Shown here: in pieces, positions 1-9,751 of the stretch | Numbering within the stretch: position 1 is the first letter of the stretch | Layout of the letters: the number at the start of each line of letters is the position of its first letter | NCBI GenBank assembly: GCA_964435925.1 | Contig: CAYTBG010000001.1 | Location: forward strand, 2,331-66,330 | Source of the DNA: an uncultured Eubacteriales bacterium | Lineage (GTDB): Bacteria; Acidobacteriota; Aminicenantia; Aminicenantales; Aminicenantaceae | Length of the DNA stretch: 64,000 nt | Direction of reading: 5' to 3' | Made by a program: the position numbers and the translations under genes | The notes under the pieces: generated by a model | What the model was told of the DNA's origin: nothing | Databases searched by the model: none | The model's input: the letters and a program-made list of their open reading frames with translations, nothing else

Positions 1-45
1 TGAAGGCTTTCACGTATATAAAGTCAAGGACAAAAAAAGCAGACA

Positions 46-579
46 ATGAAGAATAGGGATTATAGAGAACTTCAACTTTCGAGTTCGCAACTTTTCTTTA
101 TTTTCTTGGCAATTCTGATCCTGGGTGTAGTCATTTTTCTCTTAGGAGTCTCAGTGGGTAAAAAGCAGGTTCAAATCATGAAAAGTGCGCAGATGACTAC
201 AAAAGAAAAGGTTGAGCCGGCTGGAGATCAAACTTCGCCGCCAGCCGAAGAGTCGAAGGAATCCATAAGCAAAGAATTAGCCTCTCTCCAAAAAACAAAG
301 GAAGAAACTCAAAAGCAGCCCACAATGAGCGATGATAGGACGCTATTCTATGTCCAGGTCGGAGCTTTTAACAGAAGAGAGATAGCACTTTCCTTTGCCG
401 ATGTATTCAATCAGAGAGGCTATCCCGCTATTGTCCTTGATCCTTTTCCATCAGACAGAAGAGAGATATTTCGCGTGAGAATCGGTGGATACGCAACCAG
501 AGAAGAAGCCGAAGAAGTCAGAACTAAGTTGAAGACAGAGACCAGTAGAACGACCGATTACTTCATAATTCGAAGCTAA
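46..579 (+). CDS. SPOR domain-containing membrane protein
   Basis: N-terminal TM helix (LFFIFLAILILGVVIFLLGV), a low-complexity linker, and a C-terminal SPOR-like module (FYVQVGAFNRRE...FRVRIGGYATREEAEEV). Confidence 0.75.
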   Translation: MKNRDYRELQLSSSQLFFIFLAILILGVVIFLLGVSVGKKQVQIMKSAQMTTKEKVEPAGDQTSPPAEESKESISKELASLQKTKEETQKQPTMSDDRTLFYVQVGAFNRREIALSFADVFNQRGYPAIVLDPFPSDRREIFRVRIGGYATREEAEEVRTKLKTETSRTTDYFIIRS

Positions 580-654
580 ACTCCGATAGCCCTTTTATCT
601 CTTCTTCTATCAAGAACCAGGAAAATAAAAAAAAGTCCTGTAGGTATCCATATC

Positions 655-2211
655 TTGAAAGTCAAATTAAGGGATGTTCTCCTAGCTGTGGCGAGCGGAG
701 GCCTGACCGCTCTTTCTTTTCCTAAGTTTTACCTTACATTTCTGGGTTGGATTTCCCTCATCCCTCTTCTATACATTATCTCAAAAAAAACTCCCAAGCA
801 GTCCTTCCTTCTAGGACTTGCGGCCGGATTTTCATACTATGCCGTCCTGATCTACTGGATCCCTTTTGTCCCGGCTCACTACGGTAATCTATCCATCGGA
901 GTTAGCCTTTTAATCTATATCATCCTTGTTCTTGTTCTGGCCCTTTTCTGGGCTTTATTCTGTCTCCTTTGGACGAAAATCTATCAGTCTTTTCCAAAAT
1001 TAGCTTTTCTCCTCACACCTTTTATCTGGATATCTTTTGAATACACTCTTACTCATTTCTTAACAGGCTTTCCCTGGGGACTCCTCGGCTCAAGCCAGTA
1101 TTCAAACATCTACTTCATCCAGCTTGCTTCGATCACCGGAGTTTATGGACTTTCTTTTGTGCTCGTTCTCTTCCAGTGCCTGTTTCTCTACTCCATGAAA
1201 TACAAAGAAAAAGCCCCTTTTTTCATAGGCCTAGCTTTAGTGCTTCTTATCCATTTAGGCGGCTTTCTAAGCTTGAAAAAGATCCCTCACACAGAAAACT
1301 CCTTTACCGCTTCTGTCATCCAAGGAAATGTATCTTCTGATATCTACTGGGATAGGGTATCCAGCCAAGAGATCTGGGATCTCTTTAGCCAACACCTTCA
1401 ACTGAGCCGACAGGCTTATGAGAAGGGATCTCGCTTTATCGTCTGGCCCGAATTCTCTGTTCCTCTCTGTTTCAGCTGTTCCGAAGATATTTATCTGGCT
1501 TTTAAGGGAAAGCTCTATCAATTTGTTCAAGGAACAAGATGCACTCTTCTCCTCGGCACAAATGAAAAAACTGGCACCCAAGAAAATATCCAGTACCACA
1601 ACGCAGCCTTATGCCTTAGTCCGGATCTCTCCATGAGTCGTTACTATAAAATGCATCTTGTCCCGTTCGGGGAATACACCCCTTATAAAAAAATCTTTTT
1701 CTTTATCGAAAAAATGACCCATGCCATCGGAGATGTCACTCCCGGGACTCAGTATTCCCTGCATCAATTCAAAAATACAGAATTTGGCTCCCCAATATGC
1801 TATGAAATCATCTTTCCTAATCTTGTGAGAAAATTTGTGAAAAAAGGGGCAAGCTTTCTGGTCACCATCACCAATGATGGCTGGTACGGAAAAAGTGCAG
1901 CTCCTTACCAGCATTTCTCTATGGCTGTTTTAAGAGCCGTGGAAAACAGGAGATATCTTCTTCGAGCAGCCACCACAGGCATAAGCGGGATCATCGATCC
2001 CTTTGGCCGCACCCTATCCAAGTCTGAACTGATGACCCAGACGCATCTCACCGGAAACATCACTCCTTCCCAAAAACTCACCTTTTATACAAAATTCGGT
2101 GATATTCTCCCCAGGGCAAGCTTGACTTTAACGGCGATGTTTCTTATTCTGACTTTGGCGAAGAGAAAAGATGAAAGAAAAAAGTTCCGTTTCAAAAGCA
2201 AGTCACACTGA
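655..2211 (+). CDS. lnt: apolipoprotein N-acyltransferase
   Basis: Polytopic N-terminal half followed by a CN-hydrolase domain with WPEFSVP, KMHLVPFGEY, ICYEIIFP and NDGWYG motifs. The TTG start at 655 is tentative. Confidence 0.85.
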   Translation: MKVKLRDVLLAVASGGLTALSFPKFYLTFLGWISLIPLLYIISKKTPKQSFLLGLAAGFSYYAVLIYWIPFVPAHYGNLSIGVSLLIYIILVLVLALFWALFCLLWTKIYQSFPKLAFLLTPFIWISFEYTLTHFLTGFPWGLLGSSQYSNIYFIQLASITGVYGLSFVLVLFQCLFLYSMKYKEKAPFFIGLALVLLIHLGGFLSLKKIPHTENSFTASVIQGNVSSDIYWDRVSSQEIWDLFSQHLQLSRQAYEKGSRFIVWPEFSVPLCFSCSEDIYLAFKGKLYQFVQGTRCTLLLGTNEKTGTQENIQYHNAALCLSPDLSMSRYYKMHLVPFGEYTPYKKIFFFIEKMTHAIGDVTPGTQYSLHQFKNTEFGSPICYEIIFPNLVRKFVKKGASFLVTITNDGWYGKSAAPYQHFSMAVLRAVENRRYLLRAATTGISGIIDPFGRTLSKSELMTQTHLTGNITPSQKLTFYTKFGDILPRASLTLTAMFLILTLAKRKDERKKFRFKSKSH

Positions 2212-3305
2212 GCTCCTGGCAAAGATCAAAGAACAATTTTCTAAATTTGAAGAACTAAGAGGTTTTCTTTGACCTCAACCAAAAAAAGGCCAAGATCGAG
2301 GCCATAAACAAAGAGCTCTCCGCCCCCTCTACCTGGGAAAACAAAAAAAAATCCCAATCACTCCAGAAAGACAAAAAAAAATTAGAGAAAGAGGCCGAAC
2401 TTTTCTCCAGGCTCTACGGGAAAAAAGAAGAGCTTGAAGTTTTGGTGGAGCTGTCTGAGGAAGGGGAAAATGTTGACGAAGAGATTAGGGAGAGTCTGGC
2501 TTTTTTTGAAAAAGATCTGGCAGAGGCGGAGCTCCAAATGCTTTTTATCGATGAAGATGATGCTCGAAACGCCATACTCACCATCCACCCTGGAGCAGGA
2601 GGCACTGAATCCCAGGACTGGACTCAGATGCTTCTCAGGATGTACCTTAGATACGCCGAAAGAAAAGGCTTTAAAGTTGAAATCATTGACTCTCTTCCTG
2701 GAGAAGAAGCTGGCCTGAAAAGTGTTACGGTTCGAATAGAGGGAGATTATGCCTACGGCAATTTAAGCCAGGATTCAGGAGTCCATCGCCTCGTCAGAAT
2801 ATCACCTTTTGATGCCAACAAAAGACGACACACCTCCTTTGCTGCTGTCTTCGTTTATCCTGAGGTCGATGAAGACATCGAGATTGAAATAGATCCTGAA
2901 GAACTACGCATTGATACATATCGCTCTTCGGGACGAGGGGGACAGCACGTCAATGTCACCGACTCTGCAGTAAGAATAACTCACCTTCCCACGCGCATTG
3001 TCGTTCAATGTCAGAACGAAAGGTCTCAGCACAAGAACAAAGCCAGTGCGATGAAAGTTCTAAGGGCCAGGCTTTACGAGCTGGAGAAGAAAGCAAAGCT
3101 CGAAAAGATAGAAAAATTGGAGGATGCAAAATCAGATATTGCCTGGGGAAACCAAATTAGGTCCTACGTGCTCCACCCCTACCGGATGATAAAGGACCTC
3201 CGGACAAAAGTCGAAATAGGGGATGTGGACAGGGTTCTGGACGGCGATATCGATGAATTCATCAAATCAAGCCTCCTCCTGCGAAAATCAGAATCTAAAT
3301 CATAA
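2171..3305 (+). CDS. prfB: peptide chain release factor 2, requiring a programmed +1 frameshift at 2267-2273
   Basis: The ORF track lists only 2442..3305, which contains SPF (RISPFD) and GGQ (SGRGGQHVN). An ORF from ATG 2171 (MKEKSSVSKASHTELLAKIKEQFSKFEELRGFL) ends at CTT TGA C. Reading GAC from 2271 continues in the frame of the 2442 ORF with no stop. Confidence 0.9.
2258..2273 (+). promoter_or_regulatory. RF2 autoregulatory +1 frameshift site (SD-like AGAGGT, 3-nt spacer, CTT TGA C)
   Basis: The sequence aga ggt ttt ctt tga c matches the canonical architecture of an internal Shine-Dalgarno-like element 3 nt before the slippery CUU, followed by UGA C. Confidence 0.85.
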
Positions 3306-3315
3306 GGAATTATCT

Positions 3316-3476
3316 TGTAGGAGCTTGACTCATCAAACCCACCTTTTATTAATATATTGATATATGGATTCGACTTATATTGTAGGGGCTTGATTCATCA
3401 AGCCCACCTTTAAAATTTTATAAATAACCTGATCTTATAAATAAATTGCGGGAGTTCGGTTCATCAAACCTGAGAG
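3316..3476 (+). repeat. REP-like hairpin repeats, 3 copies (3316-3345, 3381-3410, degenerate 3448-3476)
   Basis: tgtaggagcttgactcatcaaacccacc, tgtaggggcttgattcatcaagcccacc and gggagttcggttcatcaaacctgagag. Each is a 9-bp stem (gggcttgat/atcaagccc) around a 3-nt loop with a GTAG head. They lie between the convergent prfB and mazG genes. Confidence 0.8.
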
Positions 3477-3492
3477 AAAAGGGACGAACGGA

Positions 3493-4281
3493 TTATTTGA
3501 TCTTACCCTTGGATTCTTCCCATATCCTGTCCATCTCTCCCAAGGTAACTTCGCCAAGCTCTTTTCCTTCCTCGTCCAATTTCTTCTCTATGAATTTAAA
3601 TCTTTTTATAAATTTTTTATTGGCCTGTCTTAGAGCAATCTCCGGATTTATCCCTAGAAGGCGGGAGACATTGGCCATCGAAAAGAAAACATCTCCTATT
3701 TCACGGAATATTTCATCCTCTTTTTTCTCTTCTAAGGCCTTTTCTAACTCAGATATCTCTTCCTTTGCCTTTTTAAGGGCATCTAAAGGCTGACTCCAGT
3801 CAAATCCATAAGACGAAGCGCGGTTTCCGATTTGGAATGCTTCAATAAGGGAAGGAGAACATTTAGCCAATCCATCCAAAATTGATTGTCTTGCTTTCTC
3901 TTCTTTTTTCTGTCGATACCACTCATCGATAACTTTCTTTGAAGTCCTGATGCGCTTTTGAGCAAATATATGGGGGTGTCGACGGATCATTTTCTGGTTG
4001 ATTCCTTCCAAAACATCAGAAATTGAAAATTTTTCTTTTTCTTTGAAAATGCGGGCTAAAAAAACAACCTCCATGAGAACATCCCCCAATTCCTCGGCCA
4101 ATGACCTGGGGTCACCAGTACTGATTGCATCTACAGCCTCGTAGACTTCTTCTAAAAAATAATTGGCAATAGATTTTTCATCCTGTTCCCTATCCCAGGG
4201 ACATCCTTTTTCACTCCTGAGATTGTCCAGGATCTCGACCAATTGCTCAAATTTTTTTCCTGCATTCTTAGTATCTCTCAT
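3493..4281 (-). CDS. mazG: nucleoside triphosphate pyrophosphohydrolase MazG (tandem MazG domains)
   Basis: CPWDREQ, EEVYEAVDAI, ELGDVLMEVVFLA and a second-domain EIGDVFFSMANVSRLLGINPE. The ORF extends to 4332, but the internal Met (MRDTKNAGKKFEQL) fits typical MazG N-termini, so the start is uncertain. Confidence 0.8.
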   Translation of the reverse strand: MRDTKNAGKKFEQLVEILDNLRSEKGCPWDREQDEKSIANYFLEEVYEAVDAISTGDPRSLAEELGDVLMEVVFLARIFKEKEKFSISDVLEGINQKMIRRHPHIFAQKRIRTSKKVIDEWYRQKKEEKARQSILDGLAKCSPSLIEAFQIGNRASSYGFDWSQPLDALKKAKEEISELEKALEEKKEDEIFREIGDVFFSMANVSRLLGINPEIALRQANKKFIKRFKFIEKKLDEEGKELGEVTLGEMDRIWEESKGKIK

Positions 4282-4411
4282 TTCTCTTCCCCATTGAATT
4301 ATTCCATGGAATATCATAGAATTATATACCAATTCATTAAAAATATTTTAAACCAGAAAAAATTTCAATCCCACAAGTTTCTGAATAATTTTTTTAAAGA
4401 TAGAGGAAAAA

Positions 4412-4738
4412 ATGCCAGAAAAAGAAAAAAGCAAAAAGAAACAAACAAAAAAGAAAAAACCTGAGGAGACACAAGGAATCATTCCTCCTCTTGATTTCAG
4501 CTCGCTCGTTCTTCCTTTTTACACTCAGGCTGTAATAAAGCTGGGCCTGGCCAAAGATCCCTTAACCAACAAAGAAGAAAAAAACCTGGAATTGGCCAAG
4601 AGATCGATTGATTTACTCGAGCTTCTGAAAAAGACGACAAAAGGAAATCTCAAGCCTGAAGAGGAAAAATTCTTAGACGCTTGTCTTTACCAGCTCAGGA
4701 CGGCCTACATGGAGAAATTAGATATAATCAAGTTGTAA
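4412..4738 (+). CDS. small conserved protein, DUF1844-like
   Basis: Lys-rich N-terminus followed by PPLDFSSLVLPFYTQAVIKLGL, a pattern I recall from the DUF1844 family. The family assignment is from memory only. Confidence 0.55.
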   Translation: MPEKEKSKKKQTKKKKPEETQGIIPPLDFSSLVLPFYTQAVIKLGLAKDPLTNKEEKNLELAKRSIDLLELLKKTTKGNLKPEEEKFLDACLYQLRTAYMEKLDIIKL

Positions 4739-4742
4739 TCTC

Positions 4743-5666
4743 ATGCAAGTTATAAAAGGCTTTGAAAAATACTTACCCTTTTCCAGCGAATCAATTTTGG
4801 CCATAGGAAATTTTGATGGCATTCATTTAGGACATCAAAAAATTCTGCAACTACTTGAAGAAAAAGCCAAAAATCATGCTCTCCCCTCCCTGGTCCTGAC
4901 ATTTTCTCCCCATCCAGAAAAAATTCTGGGAGGGAAAATAATAAAAATGATTCAAACACTCGATCAGAGAGTGAGAGAGATAAAAAAAATTGGTATTAAG
5001 GCTGTTTTAATCGTGCCTTTCGATGAGAAATTTTCAAGCCTTTCCGGTCAGGATTTTATACAAAAGATCGTTGTAAATACCCTTAAAGCAAAGGTAGTTA
5101 TTGTCGGAGAAAATTTTCGCTTTGGAAAAAATCGTGAAGGAGATATTTCACTTCTCCAACAATCGGCTTCAAGATTCAACTTTCAGGTTTATTCAATCCC
5201 TCCAGTAGTCAAGGATAGGATGACTGTAAGCAGCAGTCTTATCCGAAGCTCTCTCCTGGATGGAAAGATAGAACTTGCTAATGACTTGCTGGGAAAACTT
5301 TATGAAATAGAGGGCAAAGTGATAAAGGGCAAATCCCGAGGAAAAACTCTTGGTTTTCCGACTGCCAACATTGAGGCAGAAAATGAAATCGTCCCTCCCG
5401 GGGTCTTTATTACAACTGCCTGGATAGATTCTAAATCATTTCCGTCTCTGACCAACGTAGGAAATCGCCCTACATTTAACCAACAAGAAACAATTATCGA
5501 ATCCTTTATCATAAACTTGAACAAGAATCTTTATGGAGAGAAAATAAGAGTCAATTTTATAAAAAAGATAAGGAATGAAATGAAATTCAAAACTCCAGAT
5601 GACCTCTCCCAGCAGATTAAGAAAGATCTTGAAAAGGCGAAAGATTATTTCAGCTTAAAGAGCTAG
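4743..5666 (+). CDS. ribF: bifunctional riboflavin kinase / FAD synthetase
   Basis: N-terminal nucleotidyltransferase motif GNFDGIHLGHQ, and a C-terminal riboflavin kinase region (GKSRGKTLGFPTANI, TNVGNRPTF). Confidence 0.9.
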   Translation: MQVIKGFEKYLPFSSESILAIGNFDGIHLGHQKILQLLEEKAKNHALPSLVLTFSPHPEKILGGKIIKMIQTLDQRVREIKKIGIKAVLIVPFDEKFSSLSGQDFIQKIVVNTLKAKVVIVGENFRFGKNREGDISLLQQSASRFNFQVYSIPPVVKDRMTVSSSLIRSSLLDGKIELANDLLGKLYEIEGKVIKGKSRGKTLGFPTANIEAENEIVPPGVFITTAWIDSKSFPSLTNVGNRPTFNQQETIIESFIINLNKNLYGEKIRVNFIKKIRNEMKFKTPDDLSQQIKKDLEKAKDYFSLKS

Positions 5667-5794
5667 ATCATGTTCCCCCTATTCCCCGCATATATCCTTG
5701 ACTTTTTCCCTAATATATTGCATTTTCTTAGGGAAAGAATGAATTTTTTCTCAAAAAAGGAACAAAACCTTCCCCTTAAATCAGGAGTCATTTT

Positions 5795-6349
5795 ATGGTA
5801 GAAAAAATTAAAGCTAGGGTAATGGATTCCCACAAGATTAACAGAGCCATCCAGCGAATGACTACAGAGATAATTGAACGCAACCGCAACCTAAAAAATC
5901 TGGTTATAGTCGGAATAAGGACAAGAGGGATCTATCTGGGAAAGAGAATATCAAAATTGATTAACGAACTAGAAAAGAAAAATATTCCCGTAGGGGTTTT
6001 GGACATAACTCTTTATCGAGATGATTTCTCAGAATCGGAAGCCCAGCATATGGTCAAAAAGACAGAAATAAATTTTTCTGTAGCTAAAAAAGATGTTCTC
6101 CTTGTGGATGACGTTCTCTTTACCGGGAGAACAATCCGAGCTGCCATGGACAGCCTGATCGACCTGGGGCGACCCAAGACAATTCAGCTTCTAGTCCTCA
6201 TCGACCGCGGTCATCGTGAGCTGCCTATCAGAGCTGATTACGTAGGGAAGTTTCTTCCAACCTCTAAACGAGAGGTTGTCCAAGTCCAGCTCAAAGAAAT
6301 CGACAAAATCGATGAGGTCCTTATCACAGAGCCACCTGGAATAAAATAG
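5795..6349 (+). CDS. pyrR: pyrimidine operon regulator / uracil phosphoribosyltransferase PyrR
   Basis: PRPP-binding loop VLLVDDVLFTGRTIRAA, typical length, and position immediately upstream of pyrB-pyrC. Confidence 0.85.
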   Translation: MVEKIKARVMDSHKINRAIQRMTTEIIERNRNLKNLVIVGIRTRGIYLGKRISKLINELEKKNIPVGVLDITLYRDDFSESEAQHMVKKTEINFSVAKKDVLLVDDVLFTGRTIRAAMDSLIDLGRPKTIQLLVLIDRGHRELPIRADYVGKFLPTSKREVVQVQLKEIDKIDEVLITEPPGIK

Positions 6350-6359
6350 GATAAGGTAA

Positions 6360-7298
6360 TTGGCCTTCAAACACAAACATCTACTTGGTATCCAGGCCTT
6401 AACTCCTTCAGAGATTATTACAGTGCTGGATACAGCAGAATCCTTTTATGAGATTTCTACTCGGGAAGTAAAGAAAGTCCCGACTTTAATAGGAAAAACT
6501 ATAATCAACCTCTTCTTTGAACCCAGCACCCGGACCAGGAGTTCTTTCGAGCTGGCAGCAAAAAGATTGAGCGCAGATATTGTTAACTTTAATCAGCAGA
6601 CAAGCAGCGCAGTTAAGGGAGAAAGCCTGAAGGACACTATCTTAAACCTCGAGGCCATGAATCCCGATGCCATAATAATCAGGCATTCTTGCTCAGGAGT
6701 TCCCCACTTCACAACTATCTTCTGTCAATCCCACATTATAAACGCGGGTGATGGATCCCATGAACATCCAACTCAGGCACTTCTTGATGCCTTTACTATT
6801 AGACAGGAAAAAAAGAATTTTAAAGGCCTGAAGGTTACAATTGTTGGAGATATCCTTCACAGTCGAGTCGCACGATCCAACATCTTTCTCCTCCAAAAGC
6901 TCGGAGCAAGAGTCGTTCTTGTTGGACCACCCCCTCTTCTTCCCCTGGAAATGAAGAAATTTGGAGTCGGCATAGACTTCAACCTCGATAGAGCTCTAGA
7001 AGGAGCAGATGTGATCATGATGCTCAGAATCCAGATGGAAAGGCAGCAAAAAAATTTCTTCCCGTCTATTCGAGAATACAGAAATCTTTACAGTCTGACA
7101 GAAAAAAGGTTCCGACGCGCGAAAAAAAAGGCCATCATTATGCATCCTGGTCCCATAAATAGGGGTATCGAAATCTCAGCAGATATGGCTTATTCGGCGA
7201 AATCCGTCATACTCAAGCAGGTTGAAAACGGGATTGCAGTCAGGATGGCGGTTCTCTACCTTTTGCTGGGAGGAAAAGAACGTGAAACTTTTGCTTAA
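6360..7298 (+). CDS. pyrB: aspartate carbamoyltransferase catalytic subunit
   Basis: [23 protein letters not shown] and [10 protein letters not shown] motifs. TTG start preceded by aggataagg. Confidence 0.9.
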   Translation: MAFKHKHLLGIQALTPSEIITVLDTAESFYEISTREVKKVPTLIGKTIINLFFEPSTRTRSSFELAAKRLSADIVNFNQQTSSAVKGESLKDTILNLEAMNPDAIIIRHSCSGVPHFTTIFCQSHIINAGDGSHEHPTQALLDAFTIRQEKKNFKGLKVTIVGDILHSRVARSNIFLLQKLGARVVLVGPPPLLPLEMKKFGVGIDFNLDRALEGADVIMMLRIQMERQQKNFFPSIREYRNLYSLTEKRFRRAKKKAIIMHPGPINRGIEISADMAYSAKSVILKQVENGIAVRMAVLYLLLGGKERETFA

Positions 7299-8577
7299 GA
7301 ACGGAAGAGTCATTGATCCCTCTTCGGGAACAGATGGCAAGTTAGATATTTTAATAGAAAAGGGGAAAATTGTTGATATAAAAGCAAGGATTGAAGCCAA
7401 GGGAGCAAAAGTCATCGATGCCTCAAGGTTAGTAGTTGCTCCGGGCTTTATCGACATGCATGTCCATCTCCGAGAGCCAGGCCAAGAGGATAAAGAAACC
7501 ATAGCGACCGGCGCCGCTGCCGCAGCCAAAGGAGGTTTCACTTCCATCGCCTGCATGCCCAACACTGACCCTGTTAATGATAATCGGGGATTGACCGAGT
7601 ATATTCTCTCTGAGGCAAAGAAAAGAGCTGTGGTCAATATCTTTCCCATAGCCTCCATAACCAAGGGGCAAAAAGGCGAAGAGCTAACAGATATGGCTGA
7701 CTTGGTGGATGCAGGAGCTGTTGCCTTTTCTGACGACGGTCAGTCTGTAGAAAGCAGCCAGATCATGCGTCGTGCTCTGGAATATTCAAAACCTTTAAAC
7801 ACTCTTATCATCGAGCACTGCGAGGATAAAAATTTAAGCAGTGAAGGTGTAATGCACGAGGGGTATTATTCCTATCTTTTTGGTCTGGCGGGCATTCCTG
7901 CTTCCTCAGAGGAGATAATGGTTGCTCGAGACACTATACTTGCCCAAGAGGCTGAGGCAAATATTCATATTGCGCATTTGAGTACTAAAGGAGCTGTAGA
8001 CATTGTCAGAAATGCAAAGAAAAAAAAGATAAAGGTCACTGCAGAAGTGACTCCCCATCATCTTTTTTTAACCGATTCTTATCTTGAAAATTATGACACA
8101 AGCCTGAAAGTAAATCCTCCTCTCAGAAGCAAAGAAGATGTCCAAGCTTTAATTCAAGCAGTGAAGGAAGGAATTGTGGATGTCTTTGCAACTGATCATG
8201 CTCCTCATACGCCGGATGAAAAGGATGTTGAATTCGATAAAGCCCCCTTTGGCATAAACGGCATAGAAACTGCAGTTTCTCTCCTTCTGGATAGGCTTGT
8301 GAGCAAAAATATCATTTCACTCAAAAGATTCATTGAGATGATATCCACCACTCCCTCCCTTATTCTTGGACTCGAAAACAAGGGAAAAATATGTGTGGGA
8401 GCTGACGCTGATCTGACCATCTTGAACCTCAACAAAGAAATTGTTGTTGACGTCAGCACCTTTAAATCAAAAAGCAGGAATAATCCTTTTCAAGGCTGGA
8501 AATTGAAAGGAACTCCAGCGATGACAATCGTAGGAGGAAAAATCGTCTATCCTTTCCTTTCTTCGAAAAGCTTATAA
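7282..8577 (+). CDS. pyrC: dihydroorotase
   Basis: [13 protein letters not shown] (HxH metal site) and [12 protein letters not shown] at 7282 gives the typical [14 protein letters not shown]-terminus. The ORF-track start at 7222 would overlap pyrB by 77 nt. Confidence 0.85.
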   Translation: MKLLLKNGRVIDPSSGTDGKLDILIEKGKIVDIKARIEAKGAKVIDASRLVVAPGFIDMHVHLREPGQEDKETIATGAAAAAKGGFTSIACMPNTDPVNDNRGLTEYILSEAKKRAVVNIFPIASITKGQKGEELTDMADLVDAGAVAFSDDGQSVESSQIMRRALEYSKPLNTLIIEHCEDKNLSSEGVMHEGYYSYLFGLAGIPASSEEIMVARDTILAQEAEANIHIAHLSTKGAVDIVRNAKKKKIKVTAEVTPHHLFLTDSYLENYDTSLKVNPPLRSKEDVQALIQAVKEGIVDVFATDHAPHTPDEKDVEFDKAPFGINGIETAVSLLLDRLVSKNIISLKRFIEMISTTPSLILGLENKGKICVGADADLTILNLNKEIVVDVSTFKSKSRNNPFQGWKLKGTPAMTIVGGKIVYPFLSSKSL

Positions 8578-8616
8578 AAGATAGGAGTCGAACCAGGAGG
8601 AAAAACAAATTTCGTC

Positions 8617-9363
8617 ATGAAAACAAATATCCCCCTATTTGAAAAAAAGTTAGGTTATAGTTTCAAAAACAAGTCTCTGCTGGTCCAGGCATTAACCCAC
8701 AGTTCTTACGCTTACGAAAATCTACAAACTGTAGAATCGGACAATGAAACTTTAGAATTCTTAGGAGATTCTGTTCTTGGCCTCATCATTGCTGACTACC
8801 TCTGTACCACCTATCCTGACATATCCGAAGGTGAGCTCTCCAAGCTCAAATCCTCTGCAGCAAAAACATCTTCGCTTTCTTACTTCAGCAAAAAAATAAA
8901 ACTTGATAAAAATATACTCCTGGGCAAGGGTGAGGAAAAAAGCGGAGGGAGGAAAAAGAAGACTATCTTAGCCGGAGCCTTTGAAGCAGTGGTAGCAGCT
9001 ATATATATAGACGGTGGATTTGATGCTGCCAGAAATTTTCTCCTCTCCCTCCTTGAATCTTTGTTCAAAAAAATCAAGGCCGATAGTCACATGATCAACA
9101 ACTACAAATCGGCTCTGCAAGAATATCTCCAGAAGGAAGATCTCCCTGCTCCTCTTTATAAAACCATCACAACCATAGGACCTGACCATAGAAAAAATTT
9201 TGTGGTTGAAGTTTTCTTCGAAAAGGAATCTCTGGCAAAGGCAAAAGGTAATTCCAAAAAGCAAGCTGAACAAAATGCCGCTCAAAAAGCTCTAAAGAAT
9301 TTTCTGGGGAAAAAAATGAAGGCATTCACATCTGATACATTCATCATGAAGAAAAAGAGATGA
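8617..9363 (+). CDS. rnc: ribonuclease III
   Basis: RNase III signature NETLEFLGDSVLG and a C-terminal dsRBD (YKSALQEYLQK...KKQAEQNAAQKAL). Confidence 0.9.
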   Translation: MKTNIPLFEKKLGYSFKNKSLLVQALTHSSYAYENLQTVESDNETLEFLGDSVLGLIIADYLCTTYPDISEGELSKLKSSAAKTSSLSYFSKKIKLDKNILLGKGEEKSGGRKKKTILAGAFEAVVAAIYIDGGFDAARNFLLSLLESLFKKIKADSHMINNYKSALQEYLQKEDLPAPLYKTITTIGPDHRKNFVVEVFFEKESLAKAKGNSKKQAEQNAAQKALKNFLGKKMKAFTSDTFIMKKKR

Positions 9364-9698
9364 TTGAATCTTACGCTTTTGGACGCATGGATGTGGATAG
9401 TCACACATACACCTCTGACCTTATCATTTTTCCTGATAGGGTAAATGACTCCTGGTGGCGAAAATCTGGCCATAACCTTTGTCTCGAAGACATAGAAGAT
9501 GTCCTCAAGGAGAAGCCTGAAGTCCTGGTAGTCGGCACCGGCTTCTACGGTATAGTGAACGTGGAAGAAGAAGTGAAAAGCCAAGCTCAATCTCAGGGGA
9601 TAGAGCTTATCATCGAAAAGACAAAAAAGGCTGCTCAAAGTTTCAACAAATTCGCTTCTAAAAAAAAGACGATCGGTGCCTTCCACTTGACCTGTTAA
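9360..9698 (+). CDS. Mth938-like (DUF498) domain protein
   Basis: 112 aa. FGRMDVDSHTYTSDLIIFPDRV...PEVLVVGTGFYG resembles the Mth938/NDUFAF3-like fold family. There is a 4-nt overlap with rnc. Confidence 0.55.
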   Translation: MIESYAFGRMDVDSHTYTSDLIIFPDRVNDSWWRKSGHNLCLEDIEDVLKEKPEVLVVGTGFYGIVNVEEEVKSQAQSQGIELIIEKTKKAAQSFNKFASKKKTIGAFHLTC

Positions 9699-9751
9699 AT
9701 ACCTGATTTTTTCTTTATAATTTTAAAAGCGCACTCTTTAACCTATCTCAA

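Noticed and set aside
2434-2718. ORF 2434..2718(+), and the antisense ORFs 2382..2605(-), overlapping the prfB 5' region.
   Set aside because: They are explained by the frameshifted prfB model and show no independent coding evidence.
5667-5794. PyrR-binding attenuator or promoter upstream of pyrR (TTGACT at 5698; hairpin ccctaa...ttaggg followed by a T-run).
   Set aside because: No properly spaced -10 and no match to the PyrR binding loop (ARUCCAGAGAGGYU). The 6-bp AT-rich stem is too weak to call.
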